A program made the translations under genes and the position numbers. A DNA stretch of 64,000 bases, from contig JANNXA010000016.1 in NCBI GenBank assembly GCA_031409275.1, forward strand, positions 1 through 64,000, in the 5' to 3' direction. A model generated the notes under the pieces. That model saw only the letters and a program-made list of their open reading frames with translations. It had not been told where the DNA came from and ran no database searches. This document shows, piece by piece, positions 8,978 through 17,771 of the stretch; position 1 is the stretch's first letter; each line of letters starts with the position of its first letter. This DNA is from Planctomycetota bacterium. Its GTDB lineage: Bacteria > Planctomycetota > B15-G4 > SIAN01.

Positions 8978-11900
8978 ATGGCGGCTGCAGCATCGAGCGA
9001 CGAAGGCGCGGACCGCGCGAGCAGCGGCGAGGAGGCCGATGTCCGCGACGCCGTCGAGGTCCTCGTGGAGGAGTTCTTCGAACGGCGGCGCGCGGGCGAC
9101 GCTTCCGACGTCGGCGAGTTCGCGCGGCGGGTGCCCGGCCGCGAGGCGGAGTTCCGGGGACTCGTCGCGGCGCTCGGGATCCTCGAATCGGCGGCCACGG
9201 CGGCGCAGGCCGCGGCGACGCGCGCGACAGTGCCCGAGCAGCTCGGCCGTTTTCGGCTGCTGCGCAAGGTGGGCCGCGGCGGAATGGGCGTCGTCTACGA
9301 AGCGATCGACGACGAACTCGGCCGCCACGTCGCGCTGAAGGTCCTGCCAGGACATGCAACGCTCGATGAGCGCGAGATCGCGCGCTTCCGCCGCGAGGCG
9401 CAGTCCGCGGCGCGATTGAACCACCCCCACATCGTGCCGGTGTACGGCGTCGGCGAGGAGGCCGGCACCCACTGGATCTCGATGCAGTTCATCGCCGGCT
9501 CGAGCCTCGACCAGCTCGCGCGCGCCGCTCGCGACGATGGCACGGCACGCATGGAGGCGCGCGAGGTGGCGCGCCACGGACTTGCGCTCGCCGACGCACT
9601 CGCCTGCGCGCACGCGGAAGGAGTCCTCCATCGTGACGTGAAACCCTCGAACGTGCTGCTCGATCGCAGCGGAACGGTGTGGATCACCGACTTCGGCCTC
9701 GCGACCGCGGAAGGCTCGGTGGCCATCACGCGCACCGGCGAGACGGTCGGCACCCCGCGCTACATGGCGCCCGAAGCGTTCTCCGGATGGGCCGATCCGC
9801 GCACCGACGTGTGGGGAGTCGGCGTCACGCTCTACGAGCTGCTCTCGGGACACCCGCCGTTCGATGGCACCGACCGCGCGCAGCTGCTGAAGCAGATCGT
9901 GGACCACGAGCCCAGACCGCTGCGCAGCGTCGAGCCGCCGTTGCCGCGCGACCTCACCACCATCGTCCATCGCTGCCTGCAGAAGGACCCCGGCGCGCGC
10001 TACTCCTCCGCGCGCGACCTCGCCGACGACCTGCGCCGCTTCCTCGAAGGCGCCCCGATCCGGGCGCGCGCCCCTTCGCTCGCCGATCGCGCGAGCCTGC
10101 TGATTCGCCGCCATCGCGGCGGCGCCATCGCGGCAGCCGTCGCGCTCGTCACGTTGATCGTGCTCCTCGGTGGCTGGGCCGAGACGCTGCGCCGCAAGAA
10201 CGTCCGGCTCGCGACGGAGATGGCGCGCGCCGAGGAGAATCTCGGAGTGGCCAGCGACGCGATCCAGAGCGTCCTCGACGAGGCTGCCGACGTCATCTTT
10301 CGCGCGCCGGCGCTCGATCCGATGCGGCGCCGACTGCTCGAGGCCGCGCTCGCCTTCGAACTGCGGCTGCTCGCGCATCAGGAGCAGAGCCCCACCAAGC
10401 GCTTCGACGTCGCCCTCGCGCACGTTCGAGTCGGCGCCATCGATTGGTCGCTGCAACGCTTCGAGGAGAGCCGCTGTCACTACGACGCGGCGGTGACGGC
10501 CTTGCGCGCCAGCCGTCGTCTGCCGGGTGGCGCGAACGTCGAATCGACGACGATGCAGCTGGCGACCGCGCTCGCTGGCATCGCATGCGGTGCGCGAGAT
10601 CGCGGCGACCTCGCGACGGCGGAGGCCGCGCTGCGAGAAGCGCTCGCGATGATCGAGGAGTTCATCGCCGGTGCGCCGCGCAGCACCGACCAGGCGTTCC
10701 ACCTCGTCGACACGACCACGCTGCTCGTCGAGCTGCTGGCGCGGCAACGCCGGGCCAGCGAAGGAGCAGCGCTCATGCGGGCGACGCTTCCGCGGGTCAC
10801 GGCCTGGCTCGATCGCGACGACGCCGCGCTCGCGCCCTCGCGAGTGCTGCGCGATGCGTGGCTGCAGCTCGCGGACGTGCAGTTCCAGGCGGGCGAGACC
10901 GGCGCGACGGTCGAGACGTTTCGCGGTGCGCTCGCGATCTCGCAACGGCTGGTCAGTGTCGCGGACCCGGACGTGCGCGACCTCGAGATCGATGCGTGCC
11001 GGCGCTCCTGGCTCGGCGGCCTGTTGCATCGGATCGGTCGGGCGCCGGAGGCTCTGGTGCTCCTCGCCAACGCGAGCGCGGATCTCGAGGCGATCGTCCG
11101 CCGCTGGCCGATGGTGCCGGAGTTCCGACGCGATCTCGCCACCGCCCTCACTCGCGGAGCCGTCGCTGCCGGATCGAGCGATCCAGCCGCCGAGGTCGAG
11201 GCGACGTTGAAGCGCGCCATCGAGCTCGCGGACGAAGGACTCGCGCAACGGCCGGACGACGCGAGCTTTGCGTTCGCTGCGCTCCAGGCACGCAACGTCC
11301 TCACCACGCGGCGCGACGAGCGCGATGAGCCGGACGCGGCGTACGCCATCGCGCTCGACGCGACCCGGCTCGTCGAAGCATGGGATTCCTCGATTGCGAC
11401 CTGGCCGTCCGCCGTCGTCGAGCAGGCGGCCGTCGCGTGGTACGACCGCGGTGTCGTCGAGCGCAAGCAGAGCCGAGTCGACGCTGCGTGCGCTTCGTTC
11501 GCGAACGCCGCCAAGCTCCTCGACATGCAGTCGAATGGCGGCAACGAAGAGCCCGCCGCGCGCGACCTACGCCTGCGTATGAGCGTCGCATCAGCCGACC
11601 TGGAGGCGAGCCGCGGCGCGATCGAGGTGGCACTCACGACATGGGGGAACGTCGAAACGGCCGTGCGACGCCTGCTCGAATCGGCGGATCTCGCCGCCGA
11701 CGCTCGCGCGGGCGATCCGACGCGGGCCGACCTCGCCGCGCTGCTCGTCGAAGCGCTGAACCTCGACGCGAACGTGCGCGCGCGCCATGGCGATCCGGCC
11801 GATCGCGGCGGCGCGGAGCAGCGGCTCGCGGAAGCGCTCCGGCTCGGGAGCGAACTGGTGCAAGGCTGGCCCGAGCGCGCCGACTTCGCCGCGGCGCTGG

Positions 11901-12415
11901 GGATGGCACATGGCGACGCCGGCTGGCTGGCGAAGGTCGCGCAAGATCATCCGCGTGCACGCGCCGAGTTCGCTCTCGCGCTGCCACTCCTCCAGCGGGC
12001 GCTCGAACGCGAACCGCGCCAACGCAGCTGGCGCAACGCGCTCGCGACGGCGCTCGACTGGCTCACCGTCTCGCTGCAGCCCTTCGACGACGCGCACGAC
12101 CGCGCCGCGATGGCGACGTTGCTCGATCGCGCGGCTGCCGCTGCGAGTGCGGCGACGGCGGACCCGGAAGTGCAGTGGGAAGCCGCGCGCCTCTTCGCGC
12201 GCGCCGCGTTCGTCGCCCACGGTCCGCTCGAGCGCCTGCTTGGCGGCGACGCTCGCGATCCGTGGGCCGACGCGGCGATGAAGCACCTGCGCATCGCGAG
12301 CTCCGCCGGATTCGGCGATCCCGGCCGGTTCGAGGGCGACGTCGCGTTCGCCTCGCTCGAGCGGCGCGACGACTTCCGCGACTGGCTCGCCGACCTCACG
12401 GCGACGCGCCGCTGA
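8978..12415 (+). CDS. Hanks-type Ser/Thr protein kinase with TM segment and TPR-like helical C-terminus
   Basis: GRGGMG, VALK, HRDVKPSN, DFG, GTPRYMAPE; TM GAIAAAVALVTLIVLLGGWA; 1145 aa. Confidence 0.95.
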   Translation: MAAAASSDEGADRASSGEEADVRDAVEVLVEEFFERRRAGDASDVGEFARRVPGREAEFRGLVAALGILESAATAAQAAATRATVPEQLGRFRLLRKVGRGGMGVVYEAIDDELGRHVALKVLPGHATLDEREIARFRREAQSAARLNHPHIVPVYGVGEEAGTHWISMQFIAGSSLDQLARAARDDGTARMEAREVARHGLALADALACAHAEGVLHRDVKPSNVLLDRSGTVWITDFGLATAEGSVAITRTGETVGTPRYMAPEAFSGWADPRTDVWGVGVTLYELLSGHPPFDGTDRAQLLKQIVDHEPRPLRSVEPPLPRDLTTIVHRCLQKDPGARYSSARDLADDLRRFLEGAPIRARAPSLADRASLLIRRHRGGAIAAAVALVTLIVLLGGWAETLRRKNVRLATEMARAEENLGVASDAIQSVLDEAADVIFRAPALDPMRRRLLEAALAFELRLLAHQEQSPTKRFDVALAHVRVGAIDWSLQRFEESRCHYDAAVTALRASRRLPGGANVESTTMQLATALAGIACGARDRGDLATAEAALREALAMIEEFIAGAPRSTDQAFHLVDTTTLLVELLARQRRASEGAALMRATLPRVTAWLDRDDAALAPSRVLRDAWLQLADVQFQAGETGATVETFRGALAISQRLVSVADPDVRDLEIDACRRSWLGGLLHRIGRAPEALVLLANASADLEAIVRRWPMVPEFRRDLATALTRGAVAAGSSDPAAEVEATLKRAIELADEGLAQRPDDASFAFAALQARNVLTTRRDERDEPDAAYAIALDATRLVEAWDSSIATWPSAVVEQAAVAWYDRGVVERKQSRVDAACASFANAAKLLDMQSNGGNEEPAARDLRLRMSVASADLEASRGAIEVALTTWGNVETAVRRLLESADLAADARAGDPTRADLAALLVEALNLDANVRARHGDPADRGGAEQRLAEALRLGSELVQGWPERADFAAALGMAHGDAGWLAKVAQDHPRARAEFALALPLLQRALEREPRQRSWRNALATALDWLTVSLQPFDDAHDRAAMATLLDRAAAAASAATADPEVQWEAARLFARAAFVAHGPLERLLGGDARDPWADAAMKHLRIASSAGFGDPGRFEGDVAFASLERRDDFRDWLADLTATRR

Positions 12416-12995
12416 ACTCCGCGAGGATGTCGCGCAGCCGATTCGCCGCACGCAGGTAGCGCAGGCTGGCGCCGGGCGGCGAGAGGTGCAGGAGACGCGC
12501 GACATCGGCATTGGAGAGCTGCTCGAAGTGACGCAGCAGCAGCACTTCGCGGTCCTCCGCCTTCATCGAGTCGAGCGCGACGTGCAGACGAGCGGCGACC
12601 TCATCGCGCGAGGCGACGCCCGACGGCGAGAGGACGCCGCTCTCCGCGATCGCGTTCGCGAGCGTCGCGGCGCTGGCGTCCTCGCGCGCCAGATCGCGCA
12701 TCGCCGTGCCGAGGTGGTGCCGATGCAGTTGCAACAGCTTCTGGCCAGCGATGAAGCGCAGCCAGAGATGGAGCGGCATCGCCTCGCCGTCGAGCCACTG
12801 GGGCAGTCGCTCGATCGCCTCGACGCACGCCTCCTGCACGACGTCGGAGGCATCGACGCGGCCGCGCAGCCGCGGGTCCATCCGCAGCTCGACCATCCGG
12901 CGCAACCGCGCGCGACGCTGCGCGACGAACTCGCCGAACCGCGACGGGTCGATGCGGAGCTGCGCGCGCAACGCCTCCTCGTCATCGCCGTCCAT
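12396..12995 (-). CDS. ECF sigma-70 factor, planctomycete type
   Basis: RLRRMVELRMDPRLRGRVDASDVVQE (region 2), WLRFI, SPS, DREVLLLRHFEQLSNADVA (region 4); overlaps the 3' end of the kinase convergently by 20 bp. Confidence 0.92.
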   Translation of the reverse strand: MDGDDEEALRAQLRIDPSRFGEFVAQRRARLRRMVELRMDPRLRGRVDASDVVQEACVEAIERLPQWLDGEAMPLHLWLRFIAGQKLLQLHRHHLGTAMRDLAREDASAATLANAIAESGVLSPSGVASRDEVAARLHVALDSMKAEDREVLLLRHFEQLSNADVARLLHLSPPGASLRYLRAANRLRDILAEFSGASP

Positions 12996-13039
12996 CTGCT
13001 GCACTCTCCGCGGCCACGACGTGGGCGCGTAGCCGCCCG

Positions 13040-13894
13040 TCAACGCCGCCGCAGCGCCCGCCCGCTCCACGCCGCCGCGAGCACTCCACACAAGAGCGCG
13101 ACCGCCATCTGCGCCTGGTTGAAGTCCAGCTCGTTGCCGATCACGGCGGCCGCGACGGAACTCGTCACGGCGATCAGCGGCGCCGCGACGAACATCGGCA
13201 ACGCGGCCGGACAGAGGCTCTTGGCGATCAGCGCGGGCAGCACGAGGCACCCGAACGAATAGAGCATTCCCGACACGCGCATCGAAAGGCCGAGCGCCAG
13301 CCCGAGCCACGCCGCCGCCAGCGCGTCGGTGCGGCGGCGAACGCCCAACGCGCGAGCGGTCGGCGCGTCGATGGCGAAGAGCAGCAGCGCGCGTCGGCGC
13401 ATGAAGACGAAGAGCAGCGTCGCCGCGGTCAGCACCGCCAGCACGACGACATCGAGCGCCGTCGCCCCGATCCCGCTCGAGGCGAGCAGTCGCTGCACAT
13501 CGTCGAGGCCGTGCGGGCTGTGGGCGATGATCAGCAGCGCCGCGCTGCCGCCCAGCAGGAAGACGAAGCCGGTGATCGCCTCGTGGCTCTCGACGGCGGC
13601 GGTGCCGGCTCCGCCGCGGGCGGTGATCAACGCGGTGACGACGGCGAAGAGGACCGCGACCATCGACAGGAACGTGTCGGAGCGAAAGAAGCTCTCCTCG
13701 GCGCTCCATTCCGAGCCCAGGCACAAACCGATGGCGATGCCGAGCGTGGACGCCTGCGCGATGGCGGCTCCGACGAAGATCTGGTCGCGCACGACGACGA
13801 AGACGCCGACCACCGAGAGCAGCAGCGCGACGAGCCACGCCGCGAGATAGGTCTCGCGGAAGAGCGGCCAGGAATCGAGGAACGAGGCGATCAC
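13040..13894 (-). CDS. Metal (Zn/Mn) ABC transporter permease, ZnuB/MntB-like
   Basis: Hydrophobic, 284 aa; GVFVVVR..IFVGAAIAQ, EAITG, LLFAIDAPTARALG; GTG start overlaps the ATPase stop. Confidence 0.88.
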   Translation of the reverse strand: MIASFLDSWPLFRETYLAAWLVALLLSVVGVFVVVRDQIFVGAAIAQASTLGIAIGLCLGSEWSAEESFFRSDTFLSMVAVLFAVVTALITARGGAGTAAVESHEAITGFVFLLGGSAALLIIAHSPHGLDDVQRLLASSGIGATALDVVVLAVLTAATLLFVFMRRRALLLFAIDAPTARALGVRRRTDALAAAWLGLALGLSMRVSGMLYSFGCLVLPALIAKSLCPAALPMFVAAPLIAVTSSVAAAVIGNELDFNQAQMAVALLCGVLAAAWSGRALRRR

Positions 13895-14670
13895 GCCACA
13901 CCTCCGATCGAGGCGAGACGCGACCGCTCGAAGCCGGGGAGCGGCTCCACCGGGACCGGCGCACCGTACGCCCGCTCGAGTCGCGCCGCGTCGAGGAGCG
14001 CCGCGGCCGGCCCCACGTCGACCGTCCCGTGATGGACCAGTGCGACGTGGGTGGCCAACGCCGCGGCGACCGAGACGTTGTGGCTGACGTAGACGATGGC
14101 GAGGCCATGCTCGCGATTGCGCCGCACGAAGAGCTCGAGCAGTGCACGTTCGGTCACGAGATCGAGGTGGCTCATCGGTTCGTCGACGCACAGCAGTCGC
14201 GGGCGTCGCGCCAACGCGCGCGCGACGATGACGCGCTGACGTTGGCCGCCCGACATCGACCAGTAGCTCGCGTGGAGTCGGTCGAGCAGCCCGACCTGAT
14301 CGAGCGCCTCAGCGATGCGCTCCTCGCGTTGCGCTCGCGTGAGCTTCAGCCCGACGAGGCCGAGCGCGACGAGTTCGTGCGCCGTGGTCGGCAGGTTGCG
14401 CACCAGCTCGCAACGCTGCGGAACGTAGCCGAGATCCGCGCAGGTCACCCCCGGCCCGTACCCGGCGAAGCCGCGCAGCGGCGGCAGCACCCCGAGCATC
14501 GTCGAGAGCAAGGTCGACTTGCCGGTGGCGTTGGTGCCGAGCAGGAACCAGAACTCGCCCGCGCGCACCTGCATCGAGACGTCGCGGAGCACCGTCAGGC
14601 GACCGTGCCCCGCGACCAGCTCGCGACAGGAGAGGAGCGCGGAAGCTTCGAGAACCGGCATGGCGCTCAT
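13891..14670 (-). CDS. Metal ABC transporter ATP-binding protein, ZnuC-like
   Basis: GTNATGKST, GYVPQ, MSGGQRQR, VDEP, SH. Confidence 0.92.
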   Translation of the reverse strand: MSAMPVLEASALLSCRELVAGHGRLTVLRDVSMQVRAGEFWFLLGTNATGKSTLLSTMLGVLPPLRGFAGYGPGVTCADLGYVPQRCELVRNLPTTAHELVALGLVGLKLTRAQREERIAEALDQVGLLDRLHASYWSMSGGQRQRVIVARALARRPRLLCVDEPMSHLDLVTERALLELFVRRNREHGLAIVYVSHNVSVAAALATHVALVHHGTVDVGPAAALLDAARLERAYGAPVPVEPLPGFERSRLASIGGVA

Positions 14671-15734
14671 CCCGGTGGCCGCATCAGCGCGGCGACGATC
14701 AGGCCGACGTCGGCGTCGATCATCGCCACGTAGTCCACGGCGGCGGCGGTCGCCCCCACTTCATGAGCCAGCGTCAGCAGCGGCAACCCGAGCTTCTCGG
14801 CGACGAACTGAGCCGACTTCGGATCGAACCCGGGCGCGGTGAAGACGAGCTTCACGCCGGCTGCCGGCGCGTCGCGGATCAGCTCGCCCAAGTGGCCGGT
14901 CGAAGGCGCGATGCCGGGCTTCGGTTCGAGGTAGCCCGCGAACTCGAGCCCGACGCGCCGACCGAAGTAGATCCACTGATTGTGGTCGCAGATCACCTTC
15001 GTGCCGGCGAACGGCCGCAGCGCGCCGAACCAGCCGCCGAGTTTGCCGCCGCGCCCTTGCTGATCGAGGAACGCGGCGAGACTTCCTTGCGCCTGCAGGT
15101 CGGCAAGCCGCAGCACGGTCTCGGTCGGAAACTCGTCGGCAAGGGCGGCCCCCACCATCGCGGTGCACAACCGCTTCTCGAACGCGACACATCGCTGCGA
15201 AAGCGCGTCGCGTGCCGACGGCCGCAGCTGCGTGAAGCGATCGCGCAGCAGGCGCGCCACCAACAACCCGTTCACGGGATCGGTCATGTAGTGGGGATTG
15301 CCGGCGGGATGCACGTCCCCATGCGATCGATCGACCGGCGTGGTCGGCACCTCGAGCGGCGCCACCACCACCGAAGCGTCGATGAAGCCGGGTTGGCCCG
15401 GCTGCACGCGACCGTTGCGGCATTGTTGCAGGAGGATCGGCGCCCAGCCGATCTCGAGTTCCATGCCTTGCTGGACGAAGACATCGGCCGCCGCCAACGC
15501 CTTCACGTGGCTTGGCCGTGCATCGAGGAAATGGGGGTTCTCAGCTCCTTTCGCGAAGACGGTGACGGCGACGGCATCGCCGCCCACTTCCTGCGCGATG
15601 CTGCCGATCGACGGCACCGTGCAGCAGACGTTGAGCTTCTCCTGCGCGAATGCCGACGCACTGCCGGCGAGGAGCGAAACGAGCAGCGCGACGGCACCCA
15701 CCGGCGAGCGCCCGGTCATTCGAATGGGGTTCAT
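14667..15734 (-). CDS. Metal ABC transporter substrate-binding protein, ZnuA/TroA-like
   Basis: Signal peptide; ENPHF, GDVHPAGNPHY, DHNQW, EPKPGIAPS..H. Confidence 0.92.
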   Translation of the reverse strand: MNPIRMTGRSPVGAVALLVSLLAGSASAFAQEKLNVCCTVPSIGSIAQEVGGDAVAVTVFAKGAENPHFLDARPSHVKALAAADVFVQQGMELEIGWAPILLQQCRNGRVQPGQPGFIDASVVVAPLEVPTTPVDRSHGDVHPAGNPHYMTDPVNGLLVARLLRDRFTQLRPSARDALSQRCVAFEKRLCTAMVGAALADEFPTETVLRLADLQAQGSLAAFLDQQGRGGKLGGWFGALRPFAGTKVICDHNQWIYFGRRVGLEFAGYLEPKPGIAPSTGHLGELIRDAPAAGVKLVFTAPGFDPKSAQFVAEKLGLPLLTLAHEVGATAAAVDYVAMIDADVGLIVAALMRPPG

Positions 15735-15743
15735 GGGCGCCTC

Positions 15744-17060
15744 CTAGTAGGTGTGAGCCGGGTGGTTGCCCACCAGGAACTCGAAACCGATCCAGACGCT
15801 GTGGGCGCGGTCGTGCGCGAGGTGGTCCGCGAGGTCGAGGTTGTATTGCAGGCGCACGCGCGAGAAGTGCGACGGATGCCAGGCCACCATCGGCGAGAAG
15901 CGCTGGCGATCGTCGCGCTGCGGGTCGACGTCGCGCGGATCGACGCCGGCGCCGCTCGAATTCGTGGTCTCCCAACGCAAGCCGGCGGCCCAGTCGCGCC
16001 GGAAACCCCACAACACGTAGGTGTAGAAGCCGGTGTCGTGCAGCGTGTCGCCAGGCAACGCGAACTCGTCGCCGCTGGCGGGCACCTGATCGGGATCGAT
16101 CTGCTGCAGTGTGGTGCCGTAGACGCGGCGAACCGCCTCGCCTTGGAAGATCACGAAGGGCCAGCGCGCGTCGCTCTTCTTGGGCTGCCACTTGATCTTC
16201 GCGTCGGCGCCGTAGATGGCGCTGCGCGTCGACTTGCCGGCGGCGCTGGGACCCCACGCCCCCGACAGCCCGAACTGGCTGACGGTGGCATCGGAGAGGT
16301 CGAACGACTGCAGGAAGCGCGAGCTGTACATGAAGTCCGCGAGGCTGCGCGTCTCGCGTTCCTCGACGAGGTGGCCGCCGGGCGCCGACTCTTCGTCGGT
16401 GAAACGGAAGCTCTTCATCGTCTCGCCGCGCGAGTTCTGCACGCCGACCAGCAGTTCGGCGAACCAGGGCAGCGGTGTCAACCAGGAGAGGCGAGCGCCC
16501 TGCCCGCGCATCCCATCCTCGCCGAAGACGCGGCTGTGGATCACCGGCTGGTCGATGAAGTCCCACGCGTGCGGATGAACCGAGTTGATGCGGCCGAACT
16601 CGGTGAAGTACTGGCCGATCTTGAACTGCAGCCCGTGGTCGAGCGCCGTGGTGCGCGCGAAGACCTCCTCGAGCTCGAAGTTGGACTCGCCGGCTGGATC
16701 GATGAAGTAGATGAGGTGCGACTCGAAGTTGAAGTAGGGGTCGACTGCGCCGATCCCTGACAGCTCGAGCTGCGAGAGCGTGAATCCCCGTTGCCTGGGG
16801 TCATGCCCCCCACCCTGCAGCTGCTCGATCGAGGCGTCTTGTTCGGTCGAGGTGCCAGCGTTCACCAACGCGTCGAGCGACAGGTCGAGCAGTCGAAGCT
16901 GCCCGCCGAAGAGGTTCATGGAGCCGGAAGTCGCGGCTTGCTGCTGGCCCGCCAGCGCCTGGTCGAGCGCCTGCTGGAACTGCGGATCGGGTTGTTGAGC
17001 GGAAGCGCTGCCGAATAGCAGTCCGCACCAGGCGGCTGCCGTGGAGAAAGAAGCATCCAT
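15744..17060 (-). CDS. Putative outer-membrane beta-barrel/porin associated with metal uptake
   Basis: Signal peptide; GGHDPRQRGF, AVDPYF, FGRIN..HPHAWDF, SHFSRVRLQY, C-terminal GNHPAHTY; directly upstream of the ZnuA/C/B-like genes. Confidence 0.8.
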   Translation of the reverse strand: MDASFSTAAAWCGLLFGSASAQQPDPQFQQALDQALAGQQQAATSGSMNLFGGQLRLLDLSLDALVNAGTSTEQDASIEQLQGGGHDPRQRGFTLSQLELSGIGAVDPYFNFESHLIYFIDPAGESNFELEEVFARTTALDHGLQFKIGQYFTEFGRINSVHPHAWDFIDQPVIHSRVFGEDGMRGQGARLSWLTPLPWFAELLVGVQNSRGETMKSFRFTDEESAPGGHLVEERETRSLADFMYSSRFLQSFDLSDATVSQFGLSGAWGPSAAGKSTRSAIYGADAKIKWQPKKSDARWPFVIFQGEAVRRVYGTTLQQIDPDQVPASGDEFALPGDTLHDTGFYTYVLWGFRRDWAAGLRWETTNSSGAGVDPRDVDPQRDDRQRFSPMVAWHPSHFSRVRLQYNLDLADHLAHDRAHSVWIGFEFLVGNHPAHTY

Positions 17061-17156
17061 CGTCGATCGATTCCCGTGCCGGCCCCGACGTGGCGAGTGG
17101 CGCCACGCGCTCGGCCGAACGGGCGGGCGGGGCCGGTGAGGACCCGCGAAGTGCCG

Positions 17157-17654
17157 TCAGGCGACGAGGAGCGCGCAGCGACGAGGCGACGCAACCGCGA
17201 CGGGCGGTCCGCGTGCCTGCGAGAAGACGGCGCGTTGCGCGGGCGGTGACTGCCGCACTTCGGCGCGCGCGAGACGCTCGACGCGAAGCGGCGCGATCGC
17301 GTACGGAACCGGCGCCTCGACGCGCCGCTCGAACAGCGAGGCGCAGCTCTGGCAACCGGCGGCGTCGTGCAGGCGCGCGTCGTGCGAATGGTGGTGATGC
17401 CCCGGCACGTCGCAGTCGCCGCCGTTCTGGCAGCTCGTCGCGAAGGTCGCGTGGGCCGGCAGGACGGGCTGCGGCGCGTGGCAATCCGCCGCTGCGTGGG
17501 AGTCCGCCGCGTGGAGCTCGTCCGCATCGTCATGCCCGACGTGGACATGGAGCGCCGGCGCGATCAGCGCGAGGAGCCACGCCACCAGGAGCGTTGCCAA
17601 CGGCACGCGCATCGGCAGGGCAGCAGGCAAGAGGCGGTGAGGGCGGCGACTCAT
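17157..17654 (-). CDS. His/Cys-rich small protein, DUF2946-like (CxxC ... RGPP)
   Basis: 165 aa; hydrophobic N-terminal segment, 14 His including HHHHSH, CQSC, and RGPP near the C-terminus. Confidence 0.72.
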   Translation of the reverse strand: MSRRPHRLLPAALPMRVPLATLLVAWLLALIAPALHVHVGHDDADELHAADSHAAADCHAPQPVLPAHATFATSCQNGGDCDVPGHHHHSHDARLHDAAGCQSCASLFERRVEAPVPYAIAPLRVERLARAEVRQSPPAQRAVFSQARGPPVAVASPRRCALLVA

Positions 17655-17771
17655 GAGGGGCGGGACTCTACTACGTGCCACCGCGTCGCGGCATCGTTCC
17701 GCGCGCGGCGACGCCATACTTCCGGTCCCGCGACGCCGAACGTGGCGCGCCGGGCCGGAACCGAACGCAGC

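Noticed and set aside
6989..11248. Very long opposite-strand or alternative-frame ORFs (e.g. 6989-11248, 56703-61238, 38240-41065, 2843-4900)
   Set aside because: Shadow ORFs typical of high-GC DNA: Arg/Ala/Pro-rich, no motifs, and overlapping well-supported genes.
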